From Fibrobacterota bacterium (GTDB lineage Bacteria > Fibrobacterota > Fibrobacteria > UBA5070): a stretch of DNA of 64,000 nucleotides. This document shows positions 33,700-43,131 of this stretch, one piece after another; positions within the stretch are counted from its first letter, which is position 1; the number at the start of each line of letters is the position of its first letter. Where the stretch lies: NCBI GenBank assembly GCA_029557215.1, contig JAKPQQ010000309.1, forward strand, positions 55,927-119,926. Direction: 5' to 3'. The position numbers and the translations under genes are program-made. The notes under the pieces were generated by a model. That model did no database searches. It was not told the DNA's origin and saw only the letters and a program-made list of their open reading frames with translations.

Positions 33700-33922
33700 G
33701 GATGGAACGATAAAACGCCATGGTGGAAACTGGCAATTGGCTTTTCGCGGATTGGCTGGAATTCTCCAGGTGGCCGTCGGGATGATCGAGGGGCAACCGG
33801 GGGTGTGGCCATTGGGGGTAAGCCCCTGTCGCTTCTTGGTTTATGTTGTAGGTTTCACGTTCCCGTGCCGAGATGCCCCGGATAGGTTCTGGTGTTCTGT
33901 TCTCTCGAAAGGGAGTCGATTC

Positions 33923-36391
33923 ATGCACGCGATGGCTTCTTTGGATTCGAGATCGATGCGGGGGCTTGCTTGGTTCGCCGGATGCGCGATCGTCCTGTCG
34001 ACGTTCGGCTCCTGCAAGATCGTCGACGAACCGATCGGTCCGCAGGAGCCGGAATCGCCGAAGGTGTACCTGGCCGGTCTTTCGGGCCTGGGGGCCAAGG
34101 TCGCTCCGCAAGCGGCGACCTGGCGCATGCGAGGCGACACCGCCGAGGTCAGCCTGGTCCGCGACAGGAACGGTGGAATCGTGGCCGTGAAGGCCGTGCT
34201 GGATTCCGCGCCGAGCGACACGGTCCGCGTGGGTCTCTGGCGGGCCGGGGTCCGGTTCGGGCAGGCGATCTACCGCTACGACGGATCGCCGTCGCTGGAG
34301 CGCCTGGGATATCTGGCCGACGGTCTCGCCGAAGGCATCCTCGCCAAGATGGACGATTCGACAACTTCCGGCAGCTTCGAATCGGTCCTGGCCAAGGTCC
34401 TGGTGGAGGGCGATCCCCTGTTGGACGACAACCCCTACCGGGTGCCCGAAGGAGCCGATTCCGGTGCGCTCCAGAAGTTCGTCGCGATCGAGCTCCTGGA
34501 GACGGGCAAGCCGTTCGACGAAGCCGTCGCGGCCGGCGCTCCGCTTCTGGACACCAACGGATTGAAGGATCTGATCCGCCAGCTCGTCGATTCGGGCGTG
34601 GTCGAGGACACCTCGAAGATCTTTCCGCCGACCCCACCTCTTCCACCGCCACCCCCGCCGCAAGATCGGACTCCGCCCTCCGTGCGGATCGTTTCTCCGG
34701 TGAACGACAGCGTCCTGCCTTCCGGATTGGATGCCGTGGACGTGCTCGTGCGGGTGGACGATTCCTCCGGGGTCGATTCGGTCTGGATCGCGGGATTCCC
34801 CGCAAGCCGCCGCGACCGCGATTGGATCCTGGAAGCTCTCGGGTTCCCCGCCACGGAATCCGTCCTGCGCATCGTGGTGCGCGCGAAGGATCCGGCCGGG
34901 AACGAGGCGTCGGAATCCGTCCAGGTGCGCCGCCAGGGCGACACGGCGGGCCCCGAGGTCTCGGTGGTTACGCCGTCGGACGGCGCGAAGCTCGCGCACG
35001 ATTCGGATTCTGTGTCGGTGAAGGTGGTGGCGCAGGACATGTCGGGAGTGGATTCGGTATGGATCGGCGGGGTCCACGCGGTCCTGGCCAACGGTTATTG
35101 GATCGCGAAGGTGTCCGTTCCGATCGGGAAGTCCGGCATCGAGGTCCGCGCCGTGGACGGCGCCGGGAACGTCTCGTCGGCGGACGTTTCGGTGGATCGC
35201 GCAGCGCCGCCGCCTCGCGACAGCCTGGGGCCTTCGATCCGGGTTCTCGCGCCGATCCTCCGCGATCTCCCCTACGACAGCACGGCTGTGACGATTTCCG
35301 TCTTGGTCGTCGACGCCGGAGGACTCGCCTCCTTCCGCATCGGCGATTCGCTCGTGCCGGGTTCCGACAGTGTTTTCGCGCGCAGGGTGGATCTCGCCGC
35401 GGGCACCAACCTCTTCGTGCTGGATGCCCAGGACCGTTCGGGCAACCGTTCGGTCGACTCTCTCGTGCTGGTGCGTTCTCCCGTTCCGCCTCCGGACACC
35501 GCGCCTCCGGTGCTCAAGCGGGGGAAGGGAGCCGTCTCGCGCAGCGTTCCGTTCGATTCGAGCTTCGCGCTGGTGGCATGGAGCGTCTGGGACGACCGGA
35601 AACTGTCCGAGGTCCGGATCGGCGATTCGCTGGTCGTCGGCGACGAAGGCGTGTTCTTCCGGGCGCTTCCGCTTCGCGTGGGTGGGAACGTGGTCGTCGC
35701 CAAGGCCACGGATTCCACGGGAAATTCCGCGTCCGACACCGTCAGGATCGTGCGCGAACAGGACACCAGCCGCCCGGTCGTCGTCGACAGGCCCGATGCC
35801 GAGGTGGTGCTCCCGCAGGGCGTTTCCGGGACGGACCTTTCCTGGAAGATCCACGACAACCTTCCGATGAAGGTGAGCATCGGAGATGTTCCCGTGTCGG
35901 GGGACGATTCCGTCTACTCGAGGTGGATCCTGGTGGTCGGTCCCAGCGTGTCCGTCACGCTCGTGGCGACGGACGAAGCCGGGAACACGACCCGGGAGGT
36001 GGTCGTCGTCCGCCGGTCCGGCGACACGTTGGGGCCGCAACTGCGTCGCAACGCGGGAACCAACGACACGACGGTTTCCGGCGACACGCAGGAATGGAAC
36101 TTCGGTTGGGTCGTGCGCGACAACAGCTCGCTCAAGATCGTCGAGATCTGCGGCATCCCGATCGACATGGAGGCGTCCGATTCGTCGTTCAGCGGCAAGG
36201 CGCAATTGGAGGAAGGCCCGAACGTCTTCTGGATCGAAGCGGAAGACGCGTACGGGAACAGTTCGTCGGACACGATCCGCGTGACGAAGCTCCCTTCTGG
36301 GGTCGGGTCTCCGCGGTCGTCTTCCCCGATCCCCGCCGCCAGGAAGGCTCCGTCCATCGTCGTGTTCGTGACGGGAAAGGAACAGGAATGA
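33923..36391 (+). CDS. lipoprotein with six tandem Ig-like repeats (D-T-x-x-P ... D-x-A/S-GN motif type)
   Basis: ATG at 33923 after GGGAG. Lipobox CAIVLSTFGSC; a proline linker PPTPPLPPPPPPQ; then six roughly 90-aa repeats from about 34664, each starting D(R/T/S)xxP and ending with D-x-(A/S/T)-GN (AKDPAGNEAS, AVDGAGNVSS, AQDRSGNRSV, ATDSTGNSAS, ATDEAGNTTR, AEDAYGNSSS). Confidence 0.7.
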   Translation: MHAMASLDSRSMRGLAWFAGCAIVLSTFGSCKIVDEPIGPQEPESPKVYLAGLSGLGAKVAPQAATWRMRGDTAEVSLVRDRNGGIVAVKAVLDSAPSDTVRVGLWRAGVRFGQAIYRYDGSPSLERLGYLADGLAEGILAKMDDSTTSGSFESVLAKVLVEGDPLLDDNPYRVPEGADSGALQKFVAIELLETGKPFDEAVAAGAPLLDTNGLKDLIRQLVDSGVVEDTSKIFPPTPPLPPPPPPQDRTPPSVRIVSPVNDSVLPSGLDAVDVLVRVDDSSGVDSVWIAGFPASRRDRDWILEALGFPATESVLRIVVRAKDPAGNEASESVQVRRQGDTAGPEVSVVTPSDGAKLAHDSDSVSVKVVAQDMSGVDSVWIGGVHAVLANGYWIAKVSVPIGKSGIEVRAVDGAGNVSSADVSVDRAAPPPRDSLGPSIRVLAPILRDLPYDSTAVTISVLVVDAGGLASFRIGDSLVPGSDSVFARRVDLAAGTNLFVLDAQDRSGNRSVDSLVLVRSPVPPPDTAPPVLKRGKGAVSRSVPFDSSFALVAWSVWDDRKLSEVRIGDSLVVGDEGVFFRALPLRVGGNVVVAKATDSTGNSASDTVRIVREQDTSRPVVVDRPDAEVVLPQGVSGTDLSWKIHDNLPMKVSIGDVPVSGDDSVYSRWILVVGPSVSVTLVATDEAGNTTREVVVVRRSGDTLGPQLRRNAGTNDTTVSGDTQEWNFGWVVRDNSSLKIVEICGIPIDMEASDSSFSGKAQLEEGPNVFWIEAEDAYGNSSSDTIRVTKLPSGVGSPRSSSPIPAARKAPSIVVFVTGKEQE

Positions 36392-36485
36392 GTCTCATTT
36401 CATCGGTCGGCCTGCGTTCGTTCGCGATGCCGAATTGCGCCGATCGTCCCTTGATGGATCGGCATCCACCAACCAGATTGATCAC

Positions 36486-36824
36486 ATGGCAACCCTGACC
36501 AGCAGCCAGCGGGGCGCGTGGAATGTCTTGCGGCTGGTCGGCGAAATCCAGACCTTCGCCGATGCAGCAACCCTCCGCGCAGTCCTCTTCGATCGCCTCT
36601 CCCGCGAGAACGCCAGTCTTGCGCTCGATCTCTCCGACCTGTCGTACATCGGATCGAGCGGAATCGGCGTGGTCGCCCAGGTCCAGCAGGAACTGGAAAA
36701 ACGCAACAAGTCGCTCGTCCTGATCGGCGCGAATTCCAACGTCAAGCATCTGCTGGAGATCGTGAGCCTGGACCGCCTGGTGCAGTTCCTCGATCAGCCC
36801 GACCAGTTGGACGAATTGACTTGA
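36486..36824 (+). CDS. STAS-domain anti-sigma-factor antagonist (SpoIIAA/RsbV-like)
   Basis: LRLVGEI...LALDLSDLSYIGSSGIGVVAQV...LVLIGANSNVKHLLEIVSLD is the STAS fold, with the conserved phosphorylatable Ser in D-L-S-Y-I-G-S-S-G. Confidence 0.8.
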   Translation: MATLTSSQRGAWNVLRLVGEIQTFADAATLRAVLFDRLSRENASLALDLSDLSYIGSSGIGVVAQVQQELEKRNKSLVLIGANSNVKHLLEIVSLDRLVQFLDQPDQLDELT

Positions 36825-36891
36825 TGCCTTGACGGACCTCTCTCCCGAATGGGAGAATGGAGACATCCACCTTGTCGCGGGAGATGCCTCC

Positions 36892-37329
36892 ATGGTCACG
36901 AAGATCGCCAGGTTCCTTTGTCTGTTCGCGTTCGTCGCGTTCGCTTCGCCCAAGGACGACGCGATCGCCCTGGTCAAGGACGCCCAGAAGTTCATCAAGG
37001 ACAACGGCAAGGAAAAGGCCTTGCTGGAAATGTCCAAGCCCGACGGGAAATGGGTCAAAGGGGAACTGTACGTGTTCGCCTACGACCTGCAGGCGGTGAT
37101 GGTCGCGCATCCCAAGAACCCCAAGCTGGTGGGCAAGAACCTGATGGAAGTCCCCGATGTCGAAGGCAGGCTGTTCCGCAAGGAGATCGTGGAACTCGCC
37201 AAATCCAAGGGCTCCGGCTGGGTCGACTACAAGTACAAGAACCCCCAGACGGGCAAGATCGAAGACAAGACGACCTACCTGTTGAAGGTGGGCGACATCA
37301 TCCTCTGTTGCGGGATCTACAAGGACTGA
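36892..37329 (+). CDS. secreted stand-alone single-Cache (sCache_2-type) ligand-binding protein
   Basis: Signal peptide [39 protein letters not shown]...[28 protein letters not shown]...[24 protein letters not shown]...CCGIYK matches sCache_2 over its whole length. It has no TM segment or output domain. Confidence 0.7.
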   Translation: MVTKIARFLCLFAFVAFASPKDDAIALVKDAQKFIKDNGKEKALLEMSKPDGKWVKGELYVFAYDLQAVMVAHPKNPKLVGKNLMEVPDVEGRLFRKEIVELAKSKGSGWVDYKYKNPQTGKIEDKTTYLLKVGDIILCCGIYKD

Positions 37330-39002
37330 TGCGCTGGAACGATCTGCCGCTGCGGCGCAAGCTGCTGGCGGCGCCGGCCATGGCCCTGGTGTTCCTGGCG
37401 GGAAGCGGGGTCTTTTCCACCTTCCAGGGGTTCCGGCAGAGCGCCGCGTTTTCCCGCGTGGCCACCACAACCGGACTGGAGCGCCAGGACAACGAGCGCA
37501 GGCTTCTGCTCGTGGAAACCCACGCCGACCTCCAGCAACTGCTGGGCTGGGCGTCGTCGGGGTATCCCCAGGCGCGTCGGGACAGCTTGGCGACCAGCCT
37601 CGTCCGGTCCCTGGACGAGGCGGATTCGTCGCTGGCAAGACGGATGGATGACCTGGCCGAAGGGGACGACACGCGCCCTTGGCTAATCCAAACGGATTCC
37701 GCGCTGGACAGGTACCGCAGGGCGGTGGTGCAGGTGCTGGACATGGTCGATGTGGACATGACCATCGCCAACACCATGGTCGAGCCGGCGCGTCGGCAGC
37801 TCGATTCCGTGAAACTGCGCGCGGCGGCGCTGGATTCGGTGGCCAAGGTGCGGATCGCGGCCTGCGAGCGGGATGCCGCCTCGATGGTCTCCACCACGCT
37901 GTGGGTGAACGTCATCGCGTGCGTCGTGTCCGTGCTGGTGGTGTTGTTCCTGGCGCGTTCCACCTTGAAAGGCGTGGCGCGACCGGTGGAACGGATCATC
38001 GTCGGGGTCAAGCGGATCACCGCCCGGGATCTGACGCAGGAGATCGATGTGGACCAGGCCGACGAGATCGGGGCCGTGGCTTTTGCGGTGAGGGAGGCCC
38101 AGGGCGCCCTGCGTTCCATGGTGGGGCGGATCGCGGCCTCCAGCGGTTCGCTGGACACCGGAGCCATGGAACTGCAGCAGGTGGCGCACGCTCTCGATGC
38201 CGCGATGCTGGATGTCTCGCGACGGACCGAGGAGCTGACGGAATCCGTCAGGGGCCTGGCCGCCGGAGCGGGGGCCATCGCCCGGGGCGGCGAAGCGCTT
38301 TCCGCCGGTGTGGAAGCCGCCACTTCGGCGGTGAAAGGGTTCGATCTGGCGTTTTCCGACATCAGCGTTTCCAGCGCGGCCCAGCTCGACCAGGCGTCGC
38401 TCGCGCGCTCCAGGGCGGATTCGGCGGGCGAGGCCCTGGAACGGCTCCAGGGCGCGGCGCGGGAAAGCGCCGAACTGGCGGGGCTGATCCGCGACATCCT
38501 GGACCAGACCAAGCTGCTGGCGCTGAACGCGACCATCGAAGCGAGCCGCGCCGGCGAAGCGGGCAAGGGATTCGCCGTGGTGGCCCAGGAAGTGAAGAAT
38601 CTATCCGGCCAGACGGGAACCGCGACCGACAGGATCGAAGGCAGCCTTCGGCTCATGCTGGAGCACACGGACGTCGCCGTGCGGGAATTGTCGGCGATGC
38701 GCGATTCCATGGCGAAGGTGCACGAAGTCTCCACCGAAATCGCGGGCTCCGTCCAGAAGCGAGGTACCGAGGTCCGCGGGGTCGTCGCTCGACTGGACGA
38801 GGCCAACCGGGTGGCCGCCGATATTTCCAATCTGGTGTCCGGTGCCGCCCGGGAGCTGGAGGTGGTTTCCCGCAAACTGGACGAAGCGGAGCAGGCCACG
38901 CGGATCGCCGCGGATTCCAGCCAGCGGTTGGACGGCATCGCATCCGCCCTCGGGAAGGAATCGGGCACGCTTCGCGAAACCATCGCCGACTACCGCGTCT
39001 GA
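37329..39002 (+). CDS. methyl-accepting chemotaxis protein (helical periplasmic domain, one HAMP)
   Basis: The ATG shares one nt with the upstream stop (TGATG). Two TM segments, a HAMP segment ([37 protein letters not shown]), and the signalling hairpin [32 protein letters not shown]. Confidence 0.9.
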   Translation: MRWNDLPLRRKLLAAPAMALVFLAGSGVFSTFQGFRQSAAFSRVATTTGLERQDNERRLLLVETHADLQQLLGWASSGYPQARRDSLATSLVRSLDEADSSLARRMDDLAEGDDTRPWLIQTDSALDRYRRAVVQVLDMVDVDMTIANTMVEPARRQLDSVKLRAAALDSVAKVRIAACERDAASMVSTTLWVNVIACVVSVLVVLFLARSTLKGVARPVERIIVGVKRITARDLTQEIDVDQADEIGAVAFAVREAQGALRSMVGRIAASSGSLDTGAMELQQVAHALDAAMLDVSRRTEELTESVRGLAAGAGAIARGGEALSAGVEAATSAVKGFDLAFSDISVSSAAQLDQASLARSRADSAGEALERLQGAARESAELAGLIRDILDQTKLLALNATIEASRAGEAGKGFAVVAQEVKNLSGQTGTATDRIEGSLRLMLEHTDVAVRELSAMRDSMAKVHEVSTEIAGSVQKRGTEVRGVVARLDEANRVAADISNLVSGAARELEVVSRKLDEAEQATRIAADSSQRLDGIASALGKESGTLRETIADYRV

Positions 39003-39034
39003 GCGGTAGCGGCGACGGAGAAAAACGCGCAAAC

Positions 39035-39475
39035 CTAGGCCGATCCGATTGCCCTGGAGATCCCCACCACCTGCGCGAGCCTCTTGTCGATGGCGTTCAG
39101 GCCGGCGTCGGCCGTGGCTTGGGTGCCGCTTTTGATGCTGGCTTGGGCTTGGGCCGAAAGCTGTGGCGCGTTGGTTCCGGTTCGCTTCGCGTCGGCAAGG
39201 ACGCCGTCCATGGGGTTGGCGGCCGTCTTCTTGTCGGCCATCTGTTCTTCGTGCGCCTTCTTGAACGATTCGGCGAGGCCCTTGGCGGAATAGGTCGCCA
39301 GCTCCTGGGTCCGGGATCCTCCTGATCCGGACAACATGGCGTTCAAGCTCTGCGACAGCACGTAGTCCTTGGCCGACTGGGCGGTCGTGGCGGCGGCTTC
39401 GGTCTTCTTGGGGGCGGCGGCCGTGGTCGTCGGCTCCAGGATCTTGTTGATCATTTGGATGGGATCGGTGGGCAT
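39035..39475 (-). CDS. hypothetical protein (Ala/Thr/Lys-rich, 146 aa)
   Basis: ATG at 39475 is preceded by AGGAGG, and in-frame GC3 bias is present. No signal peptide or domain recognised. Confidence 0.5.
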   Translation of the reverse strand: MPTDPIQMINKILEPTTTAAAPKKTEAAATTAQSAKDYVLSQSLNAMLSGSGGSRTQELATYSAKGLAESFKKAHEEQMADKKTAANPMDGVLADAKRTGTNAPQLSAQAQASIKSGTQATADAGLNAIDKRLAQVVGISRAIGSA

Positions 39476-39590
39476 GGCAGGCCTCCTGGATGGAGCGAAC
39501 GACTCCATATCCGTTTTCGGCGCCAACCGCGATGAACTTGAGCGTTTTTTTTGCGGAAACCCGAACGGTGGGTGGGCGTACGCGAAAACG

Positions 39591-39633
39591 CCAAGAAACA
39601 AGAAGCCCCCCGGCTCCGAATGGAACCGAGGGG
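39591..39633 (-). terminator. rho-independent terminator of the 39667-40572 lipoprotein gene
   Basis: On the minus strand there is an imperfect GC-rich hairpin (CCCCTCGGTTCC ATTC GGAGCCGGGGGG) followed by CTTCTTGTTTCTT. Confidence 0.5.
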
Positions 39634-39666
39634 CGAAGCCTCGAAGGTGTCGAAGCGGAGTCGGTG

Positions 39667-40572
39667 TTACTTCTTGCCCTTGACCGAGAATTCGACGTTG
39701 GTTGCGCCGGAGTTCTTGGTGATGTTCACCTTGATGATGCGGTAGTTGCCTTCCACGGTCTTCACCACGAGCTCGTCGCCATCGGCCAGGATCAGCTGGG
39801 TGGACTGCGCCGTGCCTTCGACGTACAGCGCCTGGACGGCGGCGGCGGTGGTGGCGGCGGCGTAGGAGCCAGCGGCGACCTTGTGGAACTTGGTGGGGTT
39901 CTTGGTCGTCCAGCCGTTGGCCGAAGTCAGGCTGGCGTCCGCCGAAGGCGCGCGCACTTCGTTTTTGTTGTCGCTGGTGTTGTTAAAACGCAGGTCGACG
40001 GCGGCAGGATCGGCACTGGCGGCCTTGGCACCCATGGCGACCATTCCGTCGGCGTCGAGGAACGAAGGAAGAGCCGATCCCGATCCGCCGAGGCTGACGG
40101 AGGCTTCGGACAGGTTGACGACTGACGAGCCGCCGCCGACGCTAAAGGAAATTTCAGCAGTGGAAGAGGCGCCGTCCGCATCCTTCGCGGTGATCTGCAG
40201 CTTGTAGTCGCCATTGGCGGCCGTGGTCTTCGCCTTGATCTTGCCGCCGCCCTCGGTGGGCGAGCCGATGCTCCATTCCTCTTCGCCGGAAGGAACCTGC
40301 GTGAAAGTGATGTCGAAATCGGAGCTCTTGTCGGCAGCTGCCGAGTTGAGAACCTTGAACGAGACGCTCACGCCAGCCTTGTCGTCGGAGACAATGCCGC
40401 GGATGGCGGTGGCCGAAGTGCCATCCGCGGTGAGCGTGGTGTTGTCCAGGCGCGTTTCCGAAACGGTTGGCGAAGAGTTGGATGTTTCGTCGGAATCGAA
40501 CAGGTCGCAGCCGGTCATGAGGCCGGAGAGGGCGAACACGGAGGCGAGGGTCAGGATGCGGAACTTCTTCAT
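39667..40572 (-). CDS. lipoprotein, function unknown
   Basis: ATG at 40572 gives MKKFRILTLASVFALSGLMTGC (lipobox). A Ser/Thr/Ala/Asp-rich beta-type sequence follows. No recognised domain. Confidence 0.65.
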   Translation of the reverse strand: MKKFRILTLASVFALSGLMTGCDLFDSDETSNSSPTVSETRLDNTTLTADGTSATAIRGIVSDDKAGVSVSFKVLNSAAADKSSDFDITFTQVPSGEEEWSIGSPTEGGGKIKAKTTAANGDYKLQITAKDADGASSTAEISFSVGGGSSVVNLSEASVSLGGSGSALPSFLDADGMVAMGAKAASADPAAVDLRFNNTSDNKNEVRAPSADASLTSANGWTTKNPTKFHKVAAGSYAAATTAAAVQALYVEGTAQSTQLILADGDELVVKTVEGNYRIIKVNITKNSGATNVEFSVKGKK

Positions 40573-40795
40573 GGATGTCCTCTTCATTGGGGTTTGAGTG
40601 CTTTCCAGCACTGGAGCAGATTGCCGGATCGCATCCCAACATACCATTCCAAGCGACAACGGGCCAGTGCGGGAAGGGTGTCATGGATGGTTGGCAGGCA
40701 CCCCGCCACACAATCGCAACACGATCCGGCGCGCTTGAGCGATATTTGACAGGATGCGTCGAACCTGCCCTCGGCGCGAACCAGGGAGCCTTCGC

Positions 40796-41155
40796 ATGCC
40801 CCATCGAAACCAACATCTTCCCGTGGTGCTCACCTGTTCCGGAGCTTCGGATGTCGGGGAGCTTTCCGACCTGGTGGGACGCGAATTGTCGCGGACCCGC
40901 GTCGTGCAACTGGAGTGCGCGGCATCGGTGGGTGCGGCCAAGCCCGATTCCCTGGAACGATTGCGGCGCGCGAAGACCGTTCTGGTCGTCGACGGGTGCG
41001 CTTCGCGCTGCACGCGCAAGATGGTGGAAAAGGCCGGGATCGAGCGGAGTCGGCACCTGGATCTCGGGGAGTTGGGTTTGTCCAAAGGCCACTCTCCGGC
41101 GACGGAGGTCAACGTGTCGCGCACGGTGGAGGCGGTCAAGGCCCTGCTGGGCTGA
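40796..41155 (+). CDS. DGC-domain putative zinc-binding protein
   Basis: PVVLTCSGASDVGELSDLVGREL...ECAASVG...VLVVDGCASRCTRKMVEKAGI has the C-S-G-A-S, Cys and D-G-C-x-x-x-C signature of the DGC domain. The start is uncertain (40754 or 40796). Confidence 0.6.
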   Translation: MPHRNQHLPVVLTCSGASDVGELSDLVGRELSRTRVVQLECAASVGAAKPDSLERLRRAKTVLVVDGCASRCTRKMVEKAGIERSRHLDLGELGLSKGHSPATEVNVSRTVEAVKALLG

Positions 41156-41314
41156 TCGGGACGCGCCTGCCGGGCGGTGCGACGGTGCCGGCCGGGGTGT
41201 CGTGTCCGTGCGTCGCGGAAGGCTTTTGGCGACATCGGAGGGGAATCTCCCGCAAGTGCCTATTTTTACTGCTTTGCTCCGCCAATGTTTGTGGAGCGCA
41301 GGAGGTAGGACGGA

Positions 41315-42352
41315 ATGGCCCGAATCGGGATTCTGGGTGCGACAGGGTACACCGGGGTGGAATTGTCTCTCCTGCTGGAGAAGCACCCCGAAGCTGAAAT
41401 CGTGTTCATCTCGAGCGAAGCGAGCGCGGGACAGGAGCTTTCGAGCGTGTTCCCCCGTTTGGCCGGATGCGACAAGATCCGAGGCAAATCCCTCCAGAAC
41501 GCCGCTTCCTGCCAGTCCGTTTCCGTGGACGTGGTCTTTTCGTGCCTGCCGCACGGAGCGTCGGCCGAAGCCTGTCTGCCGTTCGTCGATGGCGGCGCCC
41601 GCGTGATCGACCTTTCCGCCGATTTCCGTCTGGCCGACCCGGCGTTGTATCCCAAATGGTACGGCAAGCCGCATCCTCGGCCCGAGCGGCTGCAGGAAGC
41701 CGTCTATTGCATTCCCGAACTGGATCGCGCCAAGGTGCGCGGGGCCAAACTGATCGCCAATCCAGGGTGCTATCCCACCTCGGTGCTGCTGCCATTGGTG
41801 CCGCTGGCCAAGGCGGGCGCCGTGGGCGCGGGGCCCGTCATCGCCGACTCCAAGTCGGGTGTATCCGGTGCGGGGCGCAAGCCCAGCTTGGGCACGGCCT
41901 ACTGCGAAACCAACGAGTCGATCTCCGCCTACAAGATCGGTCGCACCCACCAGCATCTGGGCGAAATGACCCAGCAGCTGGCGCGCGCGACCACCGGCGG
42001 ATTGCCATTGATCTTCTCGCCGCATCTGGTTCCCATGGAACGGGGGATCCTCACCGTGGCCTACGTGCCCCCGGCACCCGGGTTCGATGCCGCAAAGGTG
42101 CGTCAGATCCTGTCCGACGCCTACGCGAACGAGCCGTTCGTGAAAGTGCTCTCCAAGGCCGAAGGCCTGCCTGCCACAGGCCACGTGGCCCACACCAACC
42201 GCTGCCACATCGCCGTCGCGGAAATGCCGGAAAACGACATGGTGCTGGTGGTGAGCGTGATCGACAACCTGGTCAAGGGCGCGTCGGGGCAGGCGGTGCA
42301 GAACTGGAACGCGTCCAACGGCTGGGCCGAGACGCTGGGATTCGGCGCGTGA
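41315..42352 (+). CDS. argC: N-acetyl-gamma-glutamyl-phosphate reductase
   Basis: MARIGILGATGYTGVEL (NAD fold), the active-site ANPGCYPTS, and full-length ArgC similarity. Confidence 0.92.
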   Translation: MARIGILGATGYTGVELSLLLEKHPEAEIVFISSEASAGQELSSVFPRLAGCDKIRGKSLQNAASCQSVSVDVVFSCLPHGASAEACLPFVDGGARVIDLSADFRLADPALYPKWYGKPHPRPERLQEAVYCIPELDRAKVRGAKLIANPGCYPTSVLLPLVPLAKAGAVGAGPVIADSKSGVSGAGRKPSLGTAYCETNESISAYKIGRTHQHLGEMTQQLARATTGGLPLIFSPHLVPMERGILTVAYVPPAPGFDAAKVRQILSDAYANEPFVKVLSKAEGLPATGHVAHTNRCHIAVAEMPENDMVLVVSVIDNLVKGASGQAVQNWNASNGWAETLGFGA

Positions 42353-43131
42353 ACACGATCGTCGTGAAGATCGGCGGCTCGATGGCCGAAGATCGCAAAT
42401 GCCTGGAAGAGCTGGCCGTGGATCTCAAGGAACTCGCGGCATCGGGCGCGCGGGTCGCGCTGGTGCACGGCGGGGGCAAGGACATCAATCGCAACCTCCA
42501 GTGGCTGGGGCAGGAACCCAGGTTCGTGGATGGTCTGCGCGTGACGGATTCCGCCGCCATGGACATGGTGGAGATGACCCTTTCGGGTCGCGTGAACAAA
42601 CTGCTGGTCCGGCTTCTGGCCGCCGCCGGAGCCAAGCCCTGCGGGATCAGCGGCGTGGACGGCGGATTGTTCGGGGCCTCCCCGATGCGCCAGGACGGCG
42701 CGCTCGGCCAGGTCGGGCGCGTGACCTCGGTCAAGACGGAACTTGTCGAGGCGCTGTGGGCGGGCGGATTCCTGCCCGTGGCGAGTCCGGTGAGCCTCGG
42801 GCCCGACGGCAATTCCTGGAACGTGAACGCCGACGACGCGGCCGCGGCCCTTGCCGGTGCGCTGGTGGCCGATCGGCTCGTGTTCATCTCGGATGTGCCT
42901 GGCGTTCTCGACCAGGACAAGAACCGGATCCCTTCCCTGGATCCCGCAGGGATCGAAGATCTCGTCGCCAGGGGCGTCGCCAAGGATGGCATGATCCCCA
43001 AGCTTCGCGGTTGCGCCGGGACGGTCGCCGCGGGAGTGTCGGGAGTCGTCATCTCCGGATGGAGCGGACCCGGCTCGCTGGGCCGGATCCTGGACGGACA
43101 GTCGGGAACCATCATCCAGGCGAAGCCCTGA
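42349..43131 (+). CDS. argB: acetylglutamate kinase
   Basis: GTG overlaps the argC stop (GTGA). IVVKIGGS, LVHGGG, RFVDGLRVTD, WNVNADDAA and DVPGVLD are ArgB motifs. Confidence 0.9.
   Translation: MNTIVVKIGGSMAEDRKCLEELAVDLKELAASGARVALVHGGGKDINRNLQWLGQEPRFVDGLRVTDSAAMDMVEMTLSGRVNKLLVRLLAAAGAKPCGISGVDGGLFGASPMRQDGALGQVGRVTSVKTELVEALWAGGFLPVASPVSLGPDGNSWNVNADDAAAALAGALVADRLVFISDVPGVLDQDKNRIPSLDPAGIEDLVARGVAKDGMIPKLRGCAGTVAAGVSGVVISGWSGPGSLGRILDGQSGTIIQAKP

Noticed and set aside
33736-33757. Direct repeat ATTGGCT-N8-ATTGGCT, and a TGGCAATTGGC sigma-54-like string, in the divergent region between the DRTGG gene and the Ig-repeat lipoprotein gene
   Set aside because: A 7-mer repeated twice is weak evidence. 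The sigma-54-like string lacks a correctly spaced TTGC. I have no supporting conservation data.
33317-36205. Upper part of the 1212-aa minus-strand ORF 32567-36205
   Set aside because: Only the last 249 codons (signal peptide plus barrel) look real. The remainder is antisense to the Ig-repeat lipoprotein and overlaps the DRTGG gene in another frame.
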